Assembly: GCA_001179505.1 (NCBI GenBank)
Contig: CDMY01000359.1
Location: 37,864 to 101,863, forward strand
DNA from: Vitrella brassicaformis CCMP3155
Taxonomy: Eukaryota; Protista; Chromerida
Direction: 5' to 3'
Length of the DNA: 64,000 bases
In this document: one piece after another, positions 60,601-64,000 of the stretch
Position numbering within the stretch: the first letter of the stretch is position 1
Layout of the letters: every line of letters starts with the position of its first letter
Notes under the pieces: model-generated
Databases searched by the model: none
Seen by the model: the letters and a program-made list of their open reading frames with translations, nothing else
What the model was told of the DNA's origin: nothing
Translations under genes and position numbers: made by a program

Positions 60601-62661
60601 CCATCCCCGTCCCCTTCGACTGCCTGCCCTTCCCATCCCAGCACGCGCCATGCACACGAAACGCTGCACCCACCCACAATGTGGCTACCTAGACTCCCCC
60701 CACGCACAGCAAGGGTAGCCCCACGGACGCCTCCCCACCTACTAGCAGAGCTGCTACACGTACTCGTACTGCCACCTGATGGAACTGCCAAAAGGGCAGC
60801 CAGCAGATGCGAGAGCAGTGCATGAGCCATTGAATGGCATGCAACCGATGCAACTCACTGGGTGGGCGCCATCGCTGCCATCTGCGAGCAGGGGGGCGGG
60901 GAGTAAAGTAGGTACAGGCACGCGCGCATGATGACGAAAGCACGGCAGAGAAGAGACTCAATAAGAAGTATACGAAAAACAGCAGCATGGCGGCCTGTGG
61001 TGAAAAAAGGAAGGGTATAAGCAGCCACAATACGAGGCTGCGAGTAAGCGACCACCACGGAAAACTCGCCGAGGAACACAGCAACCAGCAAGAGCCTGAT
61101 GCGACATATGCAGACCAAGAGAGCACGGAGACAACAGGGCGGAAGGGGGAGTGTTGTGTATGACCTAGCTTAAGCGACGCGAGACAGGCAGCGAATGAAC
61201 AGAATCCCATCCAGCCAATAATACAATATAGCCACCAGGCGAAAACGACCATCCCCAGCGGCTGACAATGACGAACAACACAATGGAACCAACGGGTGGA
61301 GATCTTGCGTGCACCCAGCCCTCCTTGCTCTCCCTTCCCCTTGTCCTTAGCGGTGGTGACGAAAACGGGGGACGGCGAGGGGATTAAGGCCGCTCCACGT
61401 TGACATGACGCCCGGTTTGTGGGGTGGGTGGGGGCCCGGCAGGCTGGTAGCTGTCTGCATGGAGGCCAGCGAGCGGCTGCTGGTGGAGCGGGAGAAGATC
61501 TCACCCTCGCGGTCCAGCTCGTCCTGTTGCTCCTCCGTGATCGGGGCCAACATGGGATGGGATGCGTTGGCAGGTTGCGGGGCCGGGGATGCATGTGAGG
61601 GGAAAAGCTGCGGGTGGGGTGCATAGGGGCCGGGCTGTGGGGCAGGGGGTGCGCACGAGGAGAGGGGCTGGATGTACGGTGCGTACGGCATCGGTCCTGG
61701 CACAGGCGCCATGTACCGACGGCATGAACGCGGACGCCGGTAACATGGCGGGCATGGGCAGCGCCCGACGCCGAGACGGCCTATGAGGCACTGATGGTGG
61801 CCTTGCTTGCATCGACGGGCCTGCCGCCGCTGCTGTCGATGGCGCCGGCAGCATCAACGGGACATGCGGCGCCGGGCGAGGGTCGTCGACGGCGCCGGGC
61901 ATGCGGGTGATGCACGGTGGCGCTTGCGTTGGCTGGGTGGGGGTGGGGGCGGGCGGGCATCTGGGATGGACGGGGGGAGGGGGTCGACAGCGTCGTTGAG
62001 CTGGTGTACGGCCTCCGTGAAGTCGCGCGCAGACACACGTGGGAGGGCGAGCGGGGTGAGCAGGTGCAGGTCCTATGTGGGATGGGGGGGCGAGAGCGCC
62101 TCTGCCGATGGGACAGCCAATGCCGGTCCCACGTAGATATCATCCGCCTTCTGTGTCCGCTCGGCGAGGCGCAGCCCTTGCTTGACCTTGTACGGCCTTG
62201 CGCTCGACGGCATCCAGGTGGGTGTCCTGGTGGATGGCCACTTTGGTGAGGTTGACGACCGCGTGAGTGACGCCGCCCAGCAGCTGCTCGTGCTTGTGGT
62301 CGAAGTGGTTGACGGCGCTGTCTAGGTCGCGCATCGAGTCGGCGAGTGTCTCCTGGACGTCTGCCACGGCGTCTGAGACGATGTCGACGTTCGTTTGCAG
62401 GGCCATATCATGGGCCACCGCCATGGCCGCCGCGACGATCCTGATGGCCTCGTCGAATTTGGCAGAAGTGCTTGAAACGCCGAGCTGCGTCACGAGCTGC
62501 TTGATGGTGGCTTCCATGCCCGCCAGCTTCTGCCCGTCGGTAGGGAGCTGTGCAGCTATCTGCTGCGCGAGGATGCGGTGCTTGACTGCTGCACGACGGG
62601 TGGTGGGGTCATCATGGGAGACAGCCATTGGGGAGGCTGGAGGGGGCGAGGTGGAGTCCAT
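54673..62661 (-). mobile_element. APE-endonuclease/RT non-LTR retrotransposon (LINE), disrupted; clade unresolved
   Basis: EN 58912-60138 (LNI, IETK, SGGVA, YVPP, GDFNA, IDY); RT SAPGMDGITY, LYVCFVDFRKAFDS, GVKQGDVLGPLLF, YADD, YLG; C-terminal EDESH..CPLY; (AACC)3-like tail near 54673-54690. Assignment of 60.1-62.7 kb as ORF1 is inferred. Confidence 0.88.
56970..57560 (-). mobile_element. 591-bp non-coding insertion in the LINE RT
   Basis: Flanked by ATCGAG (56964-56969, 57561-57566); removal restores GCC TTC GAC TCG ATC AAT CGT AGC = AFDSINRS. Confidence 0.85.
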
Positions 62662-62831
62662 GACGGGCGATGGGAAGGTGAGTGAGTCTCAGACCGAGGT
62701 CTGGGGGTACGGTGGGATAGCCGAGTGATGGGGGCAGGGAGGCTGCTGCGGGGGTTAAGGCCTCACAGCCGATGGTTTTGCTCGGTGCGGCACCAGAAAC
62801 AGCCCGAGCGAAGCGAGGGCGGCCCGAGTAC

Positions 62832-62922
62832 ACACCTGACGCAGACAGCGTGTATTGGCACACCTGACGCAGACAGCGAGTATTGGCATACCTGACGCAG
62901 ACAGCGAGTATTGGCACACCTG
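62832..62922. repeat. 28-bp tandem repeat x3.3
   Basis: ACACCTGACGCAGACAGCGAGTATTGGC at 62832, 62860, 62888 and partial 62916. Confidence 0.9.
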
Positions 62923-63556
62923 GTAGACAGATCTGAGCTGATGAGTCAGATCTTGACGTTGGTGGAGCGGGGGGAGAGGTTCGGGACGAGATGGGGAAGC
63001 GGCAGATCTGCCTCGACTCGATTCTTAGTGGACCAAGATGTTACGGACCGGGTTTGGTAGGGCATGTGATAGTCGCTTGTGTGATTGCGTTTGATGGGCT
63101 GTTCGGTTTATATCAGAGTGCTGCTATCATCCATGCCGTATGGTGCGCATGTGTTTCTGCGATCGCTTGTGTCTTTGCGTGTGCAAATCCATACCGACTC
63201 TAGATCAGGCGTGCTGGTCGCCCATGCTTCCGTGTAAACGATTCCATTGTTACGGACCAACCGAATGAGCTAAGCTGTGGTTATCCATCTGCGGGCCGCA
63301 TTCACCATTTCCTCAACACCCCTCTTCGGGCCGCAGACCGTAGGGCACCTCGCCAAACCCTTTCTCTGCACCCCTCTCTGCACCCCTCTTAGGCGGCTGC
63401 TGCAGGAATTGAACTACCGACCCATCTCAGTGGCCTTGGCCTACTATCCAGCTTGACCGCGAGCCCCACTAACGGCGCTAACTGGAGTTCGAACCCTGGC
63501 AGTGGAATGGGGGCATGATTGCATTTTCTTGCCGAGTCATCGGTGGTAGTCTGCAA

Positions 63557-63960
63557 TCAGCTGTTGTACGCATGACTATGCTTGGTACACAGCTCATCCA
63601 GAACGGAATGCAGCTTCTCTATCTCGCCGCGAGAACAAGGTAGGAAGGAAGGAAATGGGATGGATGTGTGATTGTGCTCGTGTGCGTGACTGTATGTATG
63701 TGTAGAGCTCACGCCTTGATGATTTTGTGTTTGACGATGTGTGGTTCGTTGCAGGTGACGCACGGGCAGTGAGTGTGGTACACCTGGGCATCTGCCGGGA
63801 CTTGTTCGCCGTCCTGATACACGTAGAGTGTCTCGTCGCTGGGGGTTGGGGAGAAAAGGACAGAGTGAGAAGAGGAATACAGAAGGAGACCAACGCCCGC
63901 CGGTGTCCAAGCCAACCAGCTCGCCGGCGTTGCCTGCGTACCGGCAGCTGACTGACAATC
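63557..63960 (-). CDS. Probable 3' exons of a gene entering from beyond the window
   Basis: Coding-like YQDGEQVPADAQVYHTHCPCVTCNEPHIVKHKIIK before a GTGAG donor; terminal EIEKLHSVLDELCTKHSHAYNS*. Confidence 0.3.
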
Positions 63961-64000
63961 AGCAATTCCACATTGCCGACCGGATGATGATGCCGTCACA

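Noticed and set aside
62832-62922. CRISPR-like 28-bp repeats (also the 21-bp array at 51.7 kb)
   Set aside because: Head-to-tail repeats with no unique spacers, eukaryotic context, no cas genes.
63392-63466. tRNA-like sequence on the minus strand (A-box-like start, GTTCAATTCC)
   Set aside because: Acceptor stem needs a bulge, T-stem mismatched, no clear anticodon arm; at most a decayed tRNA/SINE head. tRNAscan-SE would decide.

Overview
Intron-rich, GC-rich eukaryotic DNA with (CA)n/(GTCT)n/(GATG)n-filled introns and four 300-N scaffold gaps. Style and expanded lineage-specific families suggest a chromerid alveolate such as Vitrella (inference). Left half (1-34.5 kb) is genic: two head-to-head members of a lineage-specific family (one spliced to ankyrin-like repeats), a duplicated SAM-like mini-gene, a ~9-kb minus-strand mosaic of Cid1/TRF4-type nucleotidyltransferase paralogues (one intact DxD core, others decayed), an 86-aa Tyr/Gly protein, an ABHD17-like hydrolase, and a chromodomain + PHD-like + SP-RING SUMO-ligase-like gene. 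Right half (34.6-63 kb) is a nest of mobile elements: an RT-less Copia element with 142/144-bp LTRs and no TSD, a LINE 3' fragment, two ~600-bp non-coding elements sharing a 116-bp end module and both flanked by ATCGA, an intron-containing bacterial-like (DUF5060-type) gene remnant, a hAT-type MITE, a minisatellite, a Copia RT-RNaseH with a CxxC..CxxC insert interrupted by a 2.6-kb solo-LTR-like element, and a long APE-RT LINE with a hydrophobic upstream region. All homology calls are from motif recognition by eye; no searches were run.
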